DNA of 64,000 nt from the human T2T-CHM13v2.0 reference genome, Homo sapiens, in assembly GCF_009914755.1 (NCBI RefSeq), contig NC_060929.1. One strand, given 5' to 3'. Position numbers and translations under genes: made by a program. This document shows, one piece after another, positions 14,442-26,923 of this stretch. The notes beneath the pieces were generated by a model. That model made no database searches. It was given only the letters and a program-made list of their open reading frames with translations, and was not told the DNA's origin. Within the stretch, counting starts at the first letter, position 1. Each line of letters opens with the position of its first letter.

Positions 14442-14935
14442 TGTGGAAGATTGAAAAAAAAGTGGCCCCAATTATTCACTCTTCCTTGATCTATGCCCTT
14501 TGTAACATACAAAATTTGCAGTTCCTCCCACTAAGAAGTAGAGTGTATTTCCCCTTCCCTGGAATTTGGTGTTCATCTCTGATTTGTTTTTCCCAACAGA
14601 ATGTGTCAGGAGTAGCTATGCACAAGTTCTAAACCTTCCTTGGAACCCCATCATTTGAACAAGCTAAGCTTACTTGCTGAAGGAGAGAGAGCCCAGTTGC
14701 CCTAGTCTAGGCCATCAGAGATCAGCCAGCCGCCAGTGCCCAAAATGCAAGAGATCTCAGCTAAGATCAGCAGAAGTATCTCTTCACCCCACATCTGACC
14801 ACAGAGGCATGAGAGAATCCAACAAGACCAAAAGACCACATAGATACATAAAAACTGACAAATAATAACAAAGAATTATTGTTGTAAGCCACTGAGTTTT
14901 GGATCTTTTCTTACACGGCACTAGCTAACTAACTT
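14442..14935 (+). mobile_element. MaLR solo LTR (MLT1G/H-like)
   Basis: TGTGGAAGATT start, GCAGTTCCTCCCACTAAGAAGTAGAGTGTATTTCCCC, GTTGTAAGCCACTGAGTTTTGG end motif. Confidence 0.7.
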
Positions 14936-15050
14936 ACATAAATAGAAACAAAAAATGTTACATGCACATGCTCTTGCATAAACACACATACACATGCACA
15001 CACACACACACACATTTGCAAAAACATGAAAAAAGTTGAAATATTTAAAA

Positions 15051-15261
15051 CAGAGTGTCCAATCTTTTGGCTTCCCTGAGCGACAATGGAAGAAGAATTG
15101 TCTTGGACCACACATTAAATACACTAACACTAATGACAGCTGATGAGCTTTAAAAAAAAAATCTCATAAGGTTTTAAGAAAGTTTATATATTTGTTTTGG
15201 GCTGTATTCAAAGCTGCTCTGGGCTGCTTGTGGCCCGCGGGCCATAGCTTGTACAAGGTTG
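15051..15261 (+). mobile_element. MER30 (hAT-Charlie MITE)
   Basis: CAGAGTGTCCAATCTTTTGGCTTCCCTG...GAAGAAGAATTGTCTTGG...GGCCCGCGGGCC...ACAAGGTTG follows the MER30 consensus end to end. Confidence 0.85.
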
Positions 15262-15571
15262 GTTTGAAACGTCCTTAAGGGAAATAATCAAAACTCTAAT
15301 ACCTGCACAGAAAATTGGCCAAAGGACCTGTTCAGAAAATTTTCAGAAGAAATACAAATGACTCATAAACATCATAAACTAGTCAACTCTATTGATAAAA
15401 AGAAACAATCGTTAAAGCAATGGAGTGTCATTGTTCCTATATTAAGTCGAAACAAATTTAAAAACTCATGAGGCTCAGTGTTGAGCCTGGCATGGAAAGG
15501 CAGTCACTCATAATACTGGTGGGAATGTAAAATGACACAGGCGCTCTCATAAGCCATCTCCTATTATATAT

Positions 15572-15900
15572 TGCTGTGGTTTACTGTGTTCCTCAAAAAG
15601 CATGTGCTGGAAATGTAATACAATCATGTGGGACGTGGGACCTAATGGGGAAGGTTTAGGTCATGAGGGTTCCACCCTCATGAGTGGATTATTGCCAATT
15701 ATAAAAGGCTTGAGGCTGCAAGTCTGATCTCTTATTGCCTTCTCTTTGCGTGCTGCCATGCGATGACACAGCAAGAAAGACCCTGCCAGATCAGCTCCTC
15801 AATCTTCAAATTTCCAGCCTCCAGAACCATTAGCCAACAACTTTCTCCTCTTTATAAATTACCCAGTCTGTAGTATTCTGTTATACAGGCACAAAATGTT
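15572..15900 (+). mobile_element. MaLR solo LTR (MST/MLT1A-like)
   Basis: TGCTGTGGTTT start, GGTCATGAGGGTTCCACCCTCATGA, CCAGCCTCCAGAACC, TTTATAAATTACCCAGTCTG end motif. Sits inside an old L1 3' fragment. Confidence 0.8.
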
Positions 15901-16319
15901 AATGCCTGCATTATATAGCTATACATGCAGTATTTTGAAATAAAACAACAGAAGAAATTATCACCAAAAAAATTATCATGTTCTTTCACCTATTAGCCAT
16001 ACTTCTCAAACCCTATCTTAATGAAATAGTTATAAATAAGGACAGAATTTGATAATATAAGAATTTCAACAATAAGAAAGTGACTAAATAAGTTCTGGCA
16101 TATCCTTATATTTAAAAGTTATGCAGCCATTACAAAATCCATATGTAAAGAATATTTACCAACATGAGAAAGCATAATACAAAGAGAAAACTTGATAAAA
16201 AATTTAGGTATATAAAACATGAGTACAATTCAATAAAATTATATGTGTGCATGTATATTTAAATCTAGAAGGAAACACAAAATCATGCCAACTAGTCTCT
16301 ATACCTGCAGGATTATGAG

Positions 16320-16324
<5 letters not shown>

Positions 16325-16380
<56 letters not shown>
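16325..16380. repeat. Compound (TC)13(AC)15 microsatellite
   Basis: Read directly. Confidence 0.96.
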
Positions 16381-16383
<3 letters not shown>

Positions 16384-16409
16384 CAAACACGCACACATAG
16401 TTTTGAGTG

Positions 16410-17010
16410 AACTTAGAGGTCAGTTCCTGGCCAGCTCATTTTAGAATATTTTTCATCAATGACTGCATAATGGCAGAACATATAAACTTAACAGCTTTGG
16501 GCCAGTTACTAAACCAGGAAGCTGTATGAATTCAGACTGGCATTGTTAAGTGCTGAGGTGAACAGAAATAAACAGGATGAGATTCAAAAGGGGCCCCTGC
16601 TGGGTCATTTACAGAGGATAAACCAATTACACAAGACAATGTAGAGAATGATTTGCAGATGTGTCTGACACAGATCTAGGAGTTAGTGGGCCAAAACTGG
16701 ACATGAATTGGAAAGCTGGTGCATAAAATTAGGTACATTATTGAAACCAAAATTGAAGAATTAAAGAATTTAAAAAATCAAAAAACCAAAATTGAATAAT
16801 TAAACATGAGATTAATTCCCTCCACCCTATTGGCCATCTACAGTCTCTTCTGAATACTGCCTACAGTTTTGGGGTCTACAGTTTAAAAAGAAAGGCTCAA
16901 AGAAAAACATTACAAATAATAGTACCTTTTAAGAAATGAGATCATGTAGCTCAAGAAGAAAACACTGTTGCAAAAATTTTCAAGTGTTGATATAGATGAA
17001 AAGCAATCAT
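16410..17010 (+). mobile_element. CR1/L3 LINE remnant
   Basis: Degenerate CR1 RT-region motifs (TTTCATCAATGAC; GATCTAGGAGTTAGTGGGCCAAAACTGGACATGA; GAATACTGCCTACAGTTTTGGGG). Confidence 0.55.
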
Positions 17011-17459
17011 TACATAGATGGCAATGCCAGATGGTCTCCAGGCCTACTGAGAAAATACCAAAAAGTATGAGTAAATCATACTACGTAATACATACATAGC
17101 TTTATTTGGAACACTTATTTGGAACAGCCACACTTTTGTTTGGAACGCTCTCCTCAATGCAAAGATGTGGAAAAATACATCAAAGACCACAGGAAAGAAA
17201 GGAAGGCGGGAAGGGAGGAAGTGAAAGAGATTTAAAAAAAAAAAAAAAAAGAAGGAAGGGAGGGAAAGAGAAAGAAATAAAAAAAAGGAGAAGGAAGCAC
17301 AGAGGGCGAGAAAGAGCAAAATGATGTGGGAAGATCTTCAACAGGAATAAAGGCATTCTGAAAAGAGGGAAGGCAGACCAAGGCTTGATTCCTAGCCATT
17401 CCTGTCCATTACTATGCCTCAGTTTCTCATCTACAAATTAAGGAAGATAATAAATTAAA

Positions 17460-20400
17460 TATGCTCTTAAAAATTCAGGAAGAAAATGATAGTAGTTAGA
17501 GAAGGAGATTCTATATATGCATAAATGGTGTCCCAGAAAAAGAAAACAGAACAAATAGGACTAAATAAATAAACAAAGTGTAATTCAAGAAAATGTTTGA
17601 GTAATAAAATATTCAAGGGTACATTGGGTACCAGAAAAAAAAAACTGATATGTAACAATAAACATGAAGTAAGTGGACTTCAGTGACAAAGAAAGATCTT
17701 TCTGGCATCCAGACAGGATAGAAAGATAAATCTATCTTGAAGGGAAACACATAAGCAACTGTGGGCTTCTCTGCAGCAACATTCAGTATCAGGACATGAC
17801 AGAAGGCATCCCAGGTCCACAGGCAAAGAAAGTCAGGAGACAAATGAGAAACAATAGCAAAATGACTAGCAGTGATTACAGAATGCATTCAAACAAAAAA
17901 TGAAAAGTAATGCAACTGTGAGAACTATGGTTATAGAATAGAAATGGGCTATGCTATGACAAATGTAGAAATGGGGTAACTAACAAAACTTGGAGGTACA
18001 CAGGAAGAGAAGTGGAGAATGAAGTACCTTAATTGACTCATCTTTTATAGCCAATGTAAAACATAAAATTTAAATCTGGTAAAGGAAAAGCAATTTAAGT
18101 TTATTAAAAATATAAAAGTAAATAGCAGGATAGCTAAAAATATATATACTACAATCAAATAAAATCAGAAAGAAAGGATGGAAGGTGGAAATATGCTCAA
18201 AAATGCTTATTTCTTCATGGGTCTAAAGTGATATAAGTAGCAGCTAAAGAAACATAATGAACTAAATAGATCTGTGAAGCTTTAATTACAAAAGTTATCT
18301 AATCTAAAAGAGTTACAACATTACATGACCTTTCTAAATAACAATAAAAAATATAAAATCAAATCTAGACCATGTAATAAAAATTAAATAATAAAACAAA
18401 TAACATAAAATATGGTTACAGTATTAAAACTAACACATCTATTATGTAACTAAGCCCTCATTATGTTCAAAACTCAGAAGAAAAAGGCCCGTAGATTGGC
18501 TCCCCAAGGGTGAAAAATCGGTATACTGATATGGTTTGGCTGTGTCCCCAACCAAATTTCATCTTGAACTGTAGCTCCCATCATCCCCATGTGTCATGGC
18601 AGGGACCCAGTGGGAGGTAATTCAATCATAAGGGCAGGATTTTCCCATGCTGTTCCCATGGTAGTGAATAAGTCTCATGACATCTGATGATTTTATAAAG
18701 GGCAGTTCCACTGCACATGCTCTCTTGCCTGCTGCCAAGTATGATATGCCTTTGCTCCTGCTGTGCCTTCTGCCAATGATTATGCAGCCTCCCCTGCCAT
18801 GTGGAACTGTGAGTCCATTAAACCTCTTTCTTTATAAATTACTCAGTCAAGTTTTCTTCATAGCAGTATTAAAATTGACTAATACAGATATTGGTACTGG
18901 TAAAGTGGGATATTGCTATTAAGATACCCAAAAATGTGGAAGTGACTTTGGAACTGGGTAACAGGCAGAGGTTGGAATGGTTTGGAGGGCTCAGAAGAAG
19001 ACGGGATGATGTGAGAAAGTTTGGCACTTTCTAGAGACTTATTGAATTGTTTTGACCAAAAAGTCCAGTCTGAGGTGGTCTCAGAGGGAGATGAGGAACT
19101 TATTGGGAACTGGAGGAACAGTGATTCTTGCTAAGCTTTAGCAAAGAGATTGGTGGCATTTTGCCCCTGCCCTAGAGATCTCTGGAACTTTGAACTTGAG
19201 AGAGATGATTTAGGGTATCTGGCAGAAGAAATTTCTAAGCAGCAAAGCATTCATGATGTGACTTGGGTGCTCTTGAAAGCATTCAGTTTTCTTCTTTCAC
19301 GAAGATATGTTTGGAATTGGAACTTATGTTTAAGAGCGAAGCAGAGCATAAAAGTTCAGGAAATTTGCAGCCTGACAATGCAATAGAAAAGAAACACCCA
19401 TTTCTGAGGAGCAATTCAAGCCAGCTGCAGAAATTTGCATAAGTAACAAGGAGCCAAATGTTAATCGCCAAGACAATGGGGAAAATGTCTCCAGGGCATG
19501 TCAAAGGTCTCCATGGCAGCCCCTCCCATCACAAGCCAGGAGGCCTAGGATGGAAAAATGGTTACATCAGCGGAGCTCAGGGCCCCCTACTGTGTGCAGT
19601 TTTGAGACTTGGCACCCTGCATCCCAGCTGTGGCTAAAAGGGGCCAACAAACAGCTCAGTCCATTGCTTCAAATGGTGCAAGCCCCAAGCCTCGGCAGCT
19701 TACATGTGGTGTTGGGCCCGCAAGTGCTCAGAAGTAAAGAAATGAGATTTGCGAACTTCTCCCTAGATTTCAGCATATGTATGGAAATGCCTGGATGTCC
19801 AAGCAAAAGTTTATTGCAGGGGTGGAGCCCTCATGGAGAACCTCTGCTAGGGCAATGCAGAAGGGAAATATGGGGTCAGAGCCCCCACACAGACTTCCCA
19901 CTGTGGCACCACCTGGTGGAGCCGTGAGAAGAGGGTCACCATCCTCCAGAACCCTGGATGGTAGATCCATTGACAGTTTGCATCACATGCCTAGAAAAGC
20001 TGCAGACAATGCCAACTCGTGAAAACAGCCAGGATAGGGGCTGTACCCTGCAAAGCCACAGGGGTGGAGCTGCCCAAGGCCATGGGAGCCAACCTCTTGC
20101 ATCAGCATAACCTGGATATGAGACATGGAGTCAAATGAGATCATTTTGGAGTTTTAAGATTTGACTGCCCTGATGGATTTTGGGCTTCCATGGGGCCTGC
20201 AACCTCTTTGTTTTGGCCAGTTTCTCCCATTTGGAACAGGTGTATTTGCCCAATGCCTGTAGCCCCATTGTATCTAGGAAGCAACTAACTTGCTTTTGAT
20301 TTTACAGGCTCATAGGCAGAATGGACTTGCCTTGTCATGGATGAGACTTCGAACTGTAGACTTTTGAGTTAATGCTGAAATGAATTAAGACTTTGTGGGG

Positions 20401-22260
20401 CTGTTGGGAAGGAATGAATGGTTTTGAAACATGAGGACATGAGATTTGGGAAGGGCCAGAGGCAGAATGATATGGCTTGGCTATGTCCCCACCCAAATCT
20501 TGCCTTGAATTGTAGCTTCCATAATACCCCCATGTTGTGGGAGGGACCTGGTGGAAGGTAATTGAATCATGGGGGTGGGTTTTTCCCATGCTGTTCTCAT
20601 GATAGTGAATAAGTCTCATGAGATCTGATGGTTTTATAAATGGGAGTTCCCCTGCTGAAGCTCTTTATTGCTGGCCACCATGTAAGATGTGACTTTGCTT
20701 CTCATTTGCCTTCAGCCATGATTGTGAGGCCTCCTCAGTCATGTGAAACTGTAAGTCCATTAAACCTCTTTTTCTTTATAAATTACCCAGTCTCGGGTAT
20801 GTCTTTGTAGCACTATTAAAATGGACTAATACATATGCTATATGTAAGGAACATCTAAAATAATGTGACTCAGAAAAGTTGAAAATAACAGCTTGGGCAA
20901 AAGCATACCAGACCAGTACCAACAAAAAAATCAAGAATCTTAATCTTATTATCAGACACATTAAATTCAAAGCAAATACCATCCAATAAAAAAAGCTACT
21001 TTAAAACTGTAGAGAGTATAATTCACAATGAACATCTAACACTATAAATATGGTATCAATATTTACATAGCAAAATCTATCCGAACTACAAAAGTATAAA
21101 AAATATAGTAATGTTGAAATTAATCTCTTTCCTGACAAAGAATGATCAAGTGAGTAAGAAATAAGAATAAAATTACCAAGCCATTCTAATTGATATATAA
21201 ATGGAATTACATGTCTTAAAATAGAGAATGCAACTTCTCTACAAATTTTTATGGGATGTTTTCACTATCAATAGAAAAACAAAGCCTCAATAAATTACAA
21301 AAGTAGAAATTAAATAGACAATACTTGCTGTTGACAATGTATCAAAAATCTATAACAAATTAGAAAACCAAAACACCCTGCCATCTGTAAAATTTTAGTT
21401 CCCCAAAATAAACTTTGTGTCAAAAATGAAATCAAAACCAAGAATACAGTATTTGCAGAAAACAGTGAAAATAGAATGTCCTCTATTGGAATCTCTGTAT
21501 ACAGCCATAATGGGCTGAGAGGAAAATTCACAGCCTAAACTACTTATACTAGTAAATAAGAAAAAAATGCATAATTATTTTAGAAAATAAACATTCAATT
21601 CAAGAAATGTAAGGCCAATAAATGAGATAAACCCTTAAATAACCAAAATAAAGAAAAAATATAAAAGTCAGAATATAGAAACAACCACAGATTATTCACA
21701 GACTATATAAATCATAAAAGCTCCTTGGCTTAAAAATATTATAATAAATGCAAAAACCTGAATGATGGGTCATTGTATATATAGCTAATTGCCACAAATG
21801 AAACTGCAATAAATTGTCAAAGAATACCCCTCCCGAAATGCACCAGACAAAATCAACTTCACACAAGTGAATTCTATGAATTCTTAAAGAAACAGCTCAT
21901 TCCAATGCTATTTACAATACATATGGAAAAGGAAGGAATGGTTTTGAACCTTTCTATGAAATCGACATAACCTCTACACCAACCCCCTACAAAGACAGCA
22001 CATGCACACAAGGAAACCACAAACTTCCCTTACGTTCTCAACATAAAAAATCTTAAACTAAATCTATGCAAACAAAATTGTGCAACACTGTTCAACATTT
22101 TAAAATATGTCCATATAATTATTCATATTAGTAAGTACAAGGAGAGAAATATTTTCTCCATTAATGCTGGGACGGAATTTGACAAAATTTATTAAAATGT
22201 AAAGTTTATACATTCTTGATTTTTCAGAATTCTTAATAAAATAGAAAAACTTGGAGACAT
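17460..22260 (+). mobile_element. Old L1M element (ORF1 end and ORF2 start), interrupted by THE1
   Basis: A-rich L1-like sequence. The endonuclease-region sequence resumes after the THE1 (TATGCTATATGTAAGGAACATCTAAAA...GAAAAGTTGAAAATAAC). No intact ORF. Confidence 0.7.
18527..20833 (+). mobile_element. Full-length THE1 (MaLR) element: 5' LTR 18527-18886, internal region, 3' LTR 20468-20833
   Basis: Both LTRs start TGATATGG and end ACTAATACA. Internal region is typical THE1-int (GGAACTTTGAACTTGAGAGAGATGATTTAGGGTATCTGG). 5-bp TSD TATAC/TATGC. Confidence 0.95.
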
Positions 22261-24041
22261 CACTAAGATCATAATACTAACATTTATATAGTGCTTATTA
22301 TGTTCCTGGCACCCTAAGCAAATGTGTGCCTATTCAAAAATTGTTCTTTCTTTTTTCCTAAAGTAATGCTGAGGTCAAGCAATGGCAGTGGAACTGTACA
22401 GGATGTGGGGGCTGGGCCAAAGCCGTGGGACTCCGGATTTATTTTGTGAGTTGGAGAATTGTCTAGTCATCAGACCAACAGAGGAGCAAACCTCTAACAG
22501 CATCTCCCTGCTTCTTCCCACCCTCTCAACAGGAGGCATTGGAGAAGGTTTATCTAATGACTGACATCTGACGCATAAGGTGCAGGCACACTTACTCAGG
22601 GTGCGAATATTTACTGAGTGTCTCTGTGGGGCCATACACTACTCTAGGCACTGGACATACACCAGTAAAGAGAAGCTGTCCTCATCTGTCTTATTTTCTG
22701 GTCTTAAATCTAAAGCCAAGAGGCATTTAGCAGCACAAATCCTCTTCAGCAGTCAACACTCCCAAAGTTTCAGGCACTGAGGAAAATAAAAACAAAACTG
22801 TGGCCCTTTCCCAAGAAGCGCACAGTGTCCACAAGAATGTGAAAGCCATCTGGAAACTGATAAACTGCAAAAAGCTCAGCCATCTTCTGTTGGCAAAATA
22901 AAAGAATGGATGTCCTTGGAAGAACGATGTCCTTGGAAAGTCATCAAATAAAAATGTGAGAGAAACACAGCCATTAGAAGCTAAACAGCTTGGGACACCC
23001 TTGTTTACACAGCACGATCACTGTAATATTTTGAAGTAAATTGTTGTTTTTAAAATCCAATAAAATCTACTTTCCATTCACCTTGAAAATGTGAATTGAA
23101 ACTCAAGAGCCAAAAACAAAAACAAAAACAAAAAACACATGAGAACACTACATGCTGACCCTGAGTCTCCAAAACATCTATTTTGTGCAAAGCACTTTGC
23201 AGTATCCAAGTACTTCACATTCATTGCCTCACGGCATGGGGACCCCCTCAAGGCCTTTAACCATCAAGATATTGCTGCATTCGTGGGGGGATCTCCTTCC
23301 CATTTTTCTGGAAAATCACTTTTCAAACAAAGATTTTAAAGGGCAGAACAGAGCCAACCCATGGTTTCCACATAAGTCACTGCCAAAAATGTAGAAGACA
23401 GACTTGTGATCATTTTTAAGAGGAAAACTAGCAGATTCTATCTTAGTCACACAAAGTTATCAACTCAGGCCAAAATGACAAAACACTTGAAGGGCTGGCT
23501 TCACTATTTCCAAAATCAAAATAGTCATCAACAAGTGGTTAAAATCGGGGGAAGGTTGCACTTATCATGTTTTAGAGGCAAGCCATTTCCAAGTTAAGAT
23601 TTTAAGAGGCACAAGCAACCAAGAACTCACAATCATGATACGGTTTTCTCTTCCACCTAGGACCTATGTCCTCACCTCCTCCACTCATGTTCACCTTTAT
23701 TGTAAAAATAGCAACGCTGGAAGTAATGGCACTCTAGGAGCATTGGGACGGATTTCAAAAATCCTTCTTCTGAGCCCAATAGTGTCTTAAGCCAAGTAGA
23801 CAGCTCGCAGGGTAAACACATAGCAAAATATATTCTAGAGCACTACCATGCAGGCTGGTTTTGCCCTAAGGAATCAAACTACCTGCAAGTTCTGGATCCA
23901 GGTTTCGAGGGAGTATGGTGAGCTGTACAGTCTTGTGAACTAGGGGACTCGCACATTTCTGGCTTCCACTACCCCGGCCTCCCTCTTTTTTGTTAGCTCC
24001 ACTTAAAGGGAAAGCCCTGTGTACACTTCTTATATTTTATC

Positions 24042-24390
<349 letters not shown>

Positions 24391-26559
24391 ATATTTTACT
24401 TTTTAATGGATAAAAGCAAATAGTATCAGACCTTAAACAGGGCAGAATACCCTAGGTCCATTTCTCCTCCCCTCCTTTCTCTGTTCCTTCATTTCTTTAC
24501 TGGCCCTTGGCTCTTCATTCTGTTTGAAGCCCTTGTATGTGACCCCTCTGCTCTGTCTCTAGTTCTGACTCCTAAAATAGCCTCGTATAGAGTCAGAGAC
24601 CTCCACGGATATGCTGGAGTCAGGGAGGCAGAGTCGTGTGGGAAAGGACAGTTGACAGGGAGACAAGTCTTGACCTGGCCTCATTTCCTATTTGCCAGTC
24701 ATTTTTGGTCCCTCTAACAATGCTAGATCTGGCCCGTTGGGCCAAGGCAATTCAGCTGCCCTGGCCCACTCTGGCTGGCCTGTTCCTCCTCATTGTGTCC
24801 CAGGTGCTGGTTCACCAGGCCACTGGATGTCGATATTTTCCCCATCCAACAGGAACTCCTTTCGACCTATTTATTTCAAGTTCCATTAGTGTAACAGCTA
24901 ATCTGATACACTGTTCAGCCGGAATGTGCCCTTGGAGGAGACCTGTCCTAAGCAAGGGCTAGGCCCTGGCCTGCATTCCAACTAACAAAGGCATTTTTTC
25001 CTCAACTCTGATTCTGTCTTTCTGCCTAAACCAGAGAGACTAGTTGAAAAATTATGCAAGGTCAAAGAGCAAAAGGCAGATATTTGAGAAATTTTTGTCT
25101 GGGTCCTGGGGAGTGTGGCATGGAGCAGAGGTACAGCCAGAATCCTGGCCTGGGTTTGGGTTACACCCCCAGAGAGAGACTCTGCTTGGACAGCCCTGTA
25201 GCAAAACCTCTTCCAAATACTGGCAGGACTTCAGAGTAGTTTAAGTGGATTATGCTTAAGAGTCTAAGGCCTGTAGTCAGTAGATCCCACAGGTCCAGCA
25301 GTCCCTAGCCATGATGATGCTCACTCCATCTGTATTAAAATCAACTGAATTTCATTGAAGCCAGCTGAATTTCTTTGTGGTTTATCTCTGATCAAGTAAT
25401 CCAGAATAAACTGCTTACCCTCCCTAAGCCTTAATGGACCCATCTTTGAAATAGGACTAATAATAAAACTAACAGCACAGATTTTTGAAATAAGGAGTTA
25501 TTGAGCTAACACATATGAAAGCACTTTATACACAGAAACACAGTAAGCAAATCTTTATGATTATTTCTCAGAGAAACTCAGAATGAATGCTGTGCAGCAT
25601 TAGAAAACATAAAAGTCAAGAATATGTCCTTGAATAGCCTCTAAATATTAAGATAACTGTTAGTGCCCTTGAAAATGGATTTTAACAAATTGTTCCTTGA
25701 TACCCAGACCATGCACACTCTCCCGGTGTGTTATTCGTCGTGATGTTCAGCCATCAGCAGGTCCTCCCTGCCCTCCTCTCTTTCTAACAGCATCACTATG
25801 CAGAACTTCTATTCTCCCTTTTCTTTAATCTCCAGGACTAACCATTCAACATGTGCTCACTGATGTCTCCTATCCCATCACCCTCCCTCTTCATCAGCTG
25901 GTTTGATGGATTTGGGGGTTTTAACTTTTCGTTAAGGCGTGCATTCTGATTCTTAATCAAGGAATGAAATCTGTGTATAAAACACACAGAGGAATGTACA
26001 GATATGAGTCACATGGCTCCGCACCCAGTGAAATTATACCAAAATGTATTAGCCAAGTGAGGAAGTCATAGTACCAAAGTAAGTATATCACTTCACAGTG
26101 CAAACACTGTGATTAAAAAATAATTTTCAGTTCATTATCTGAATTTTTAGGCCGTTAAGCAAACACTTAAATTAAGTAGGAACGTGGGGATAGCTAACTT
26201 GATTTTTCAGTCTTAATCTGGGATTTAAATGCCATGTGCATGCCACAGAACACCAGCAAAATGAAAAGTGACAGATGATAGAAATGAGAAAAAGAGGTTG
26301 TAGGTGGAGTTTGTGGGAAAATCATTAGACAAAATCTTCTCATTAGGATTAGGATAATGGATAGAATTGGGATTCACTTAGACATTACGGGTTAGTAGAA
26401 CAGAGCTGAATACATTCATTTTTAAAGTCAAAGATCCTCCACCCTTTCTGTGTGGGCTGCACTTACTGTGTAATTTCAAAAAGCAGATTATGGAAAGAGG
26501 TGGGAGGGAAGGAATAATTTTACAGTGGAGAAATCTGCCAAACACTACCTTGGCCAAGA

Positions 26560-26923
26560 TGCTATGGTTTGAATGTGTCCCCCAAAATTCATGTGTTAGA
26601 AACTGAATTCCCAACACAGCAGGGTTGGTAGGTGGGGCCAGGTGAAAGGCAGAGTGCTCATGAACTGGTTAATACTGCTACAGAATGGGCATTCAGGAGG
26701 GGAGTTGCTCTCTCATTTGCTCTTCCACCATGTGGGGACCTTTCTCCCCTCTGGAGGACACAGCAACCAAGTCACCATTTTAGAATCAGAGAAACTGGGC
26801 TCTAACCTGACGGTGCCTTGATATTGGACTTCCCAGCCTCTAGAACTGTGAGAAATACATTTCTATTGTTTAAGCCTCCAGTTTATGGTATTTTATTATA
26901 GCAATCCAAGCAGACTAATAACA
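26560..26923 (+). mobile_element. MaLR solo LTR (MLT1A/MSTD-like)
   Basis: TGCTATGGTTTGAATGTGTCCCCCAAAATTCATGTGTTAGAAAC start; GGACTTCCCAGCCTCTAGAACTGTGAGAAATA near the end. Confidence 0.85.

Noticed and set aside
16744-16804. 22-bp direct repeat AAACCAAAATTGAA(G/T)AATTAAA
   Set aside because: Two copies in A-rich sequence with a short spacer; most simply slippage. Not CRISPR-like, and no recognisable insert.
18785-18805. PRDM9 hotspot motif position in the THE1 LTRs
   Set aside because: 5' LTR has CCTCCCCTGCCAT and 3' LTR has CCTCCTCAGTCAT; neither fits CCNCCNTNNCCNC.
19150-20619. ORFs inside the THE1 element
   Set aside because: Fragments of decayed MaLR internal/LTR sequence; no continuous reading frame.
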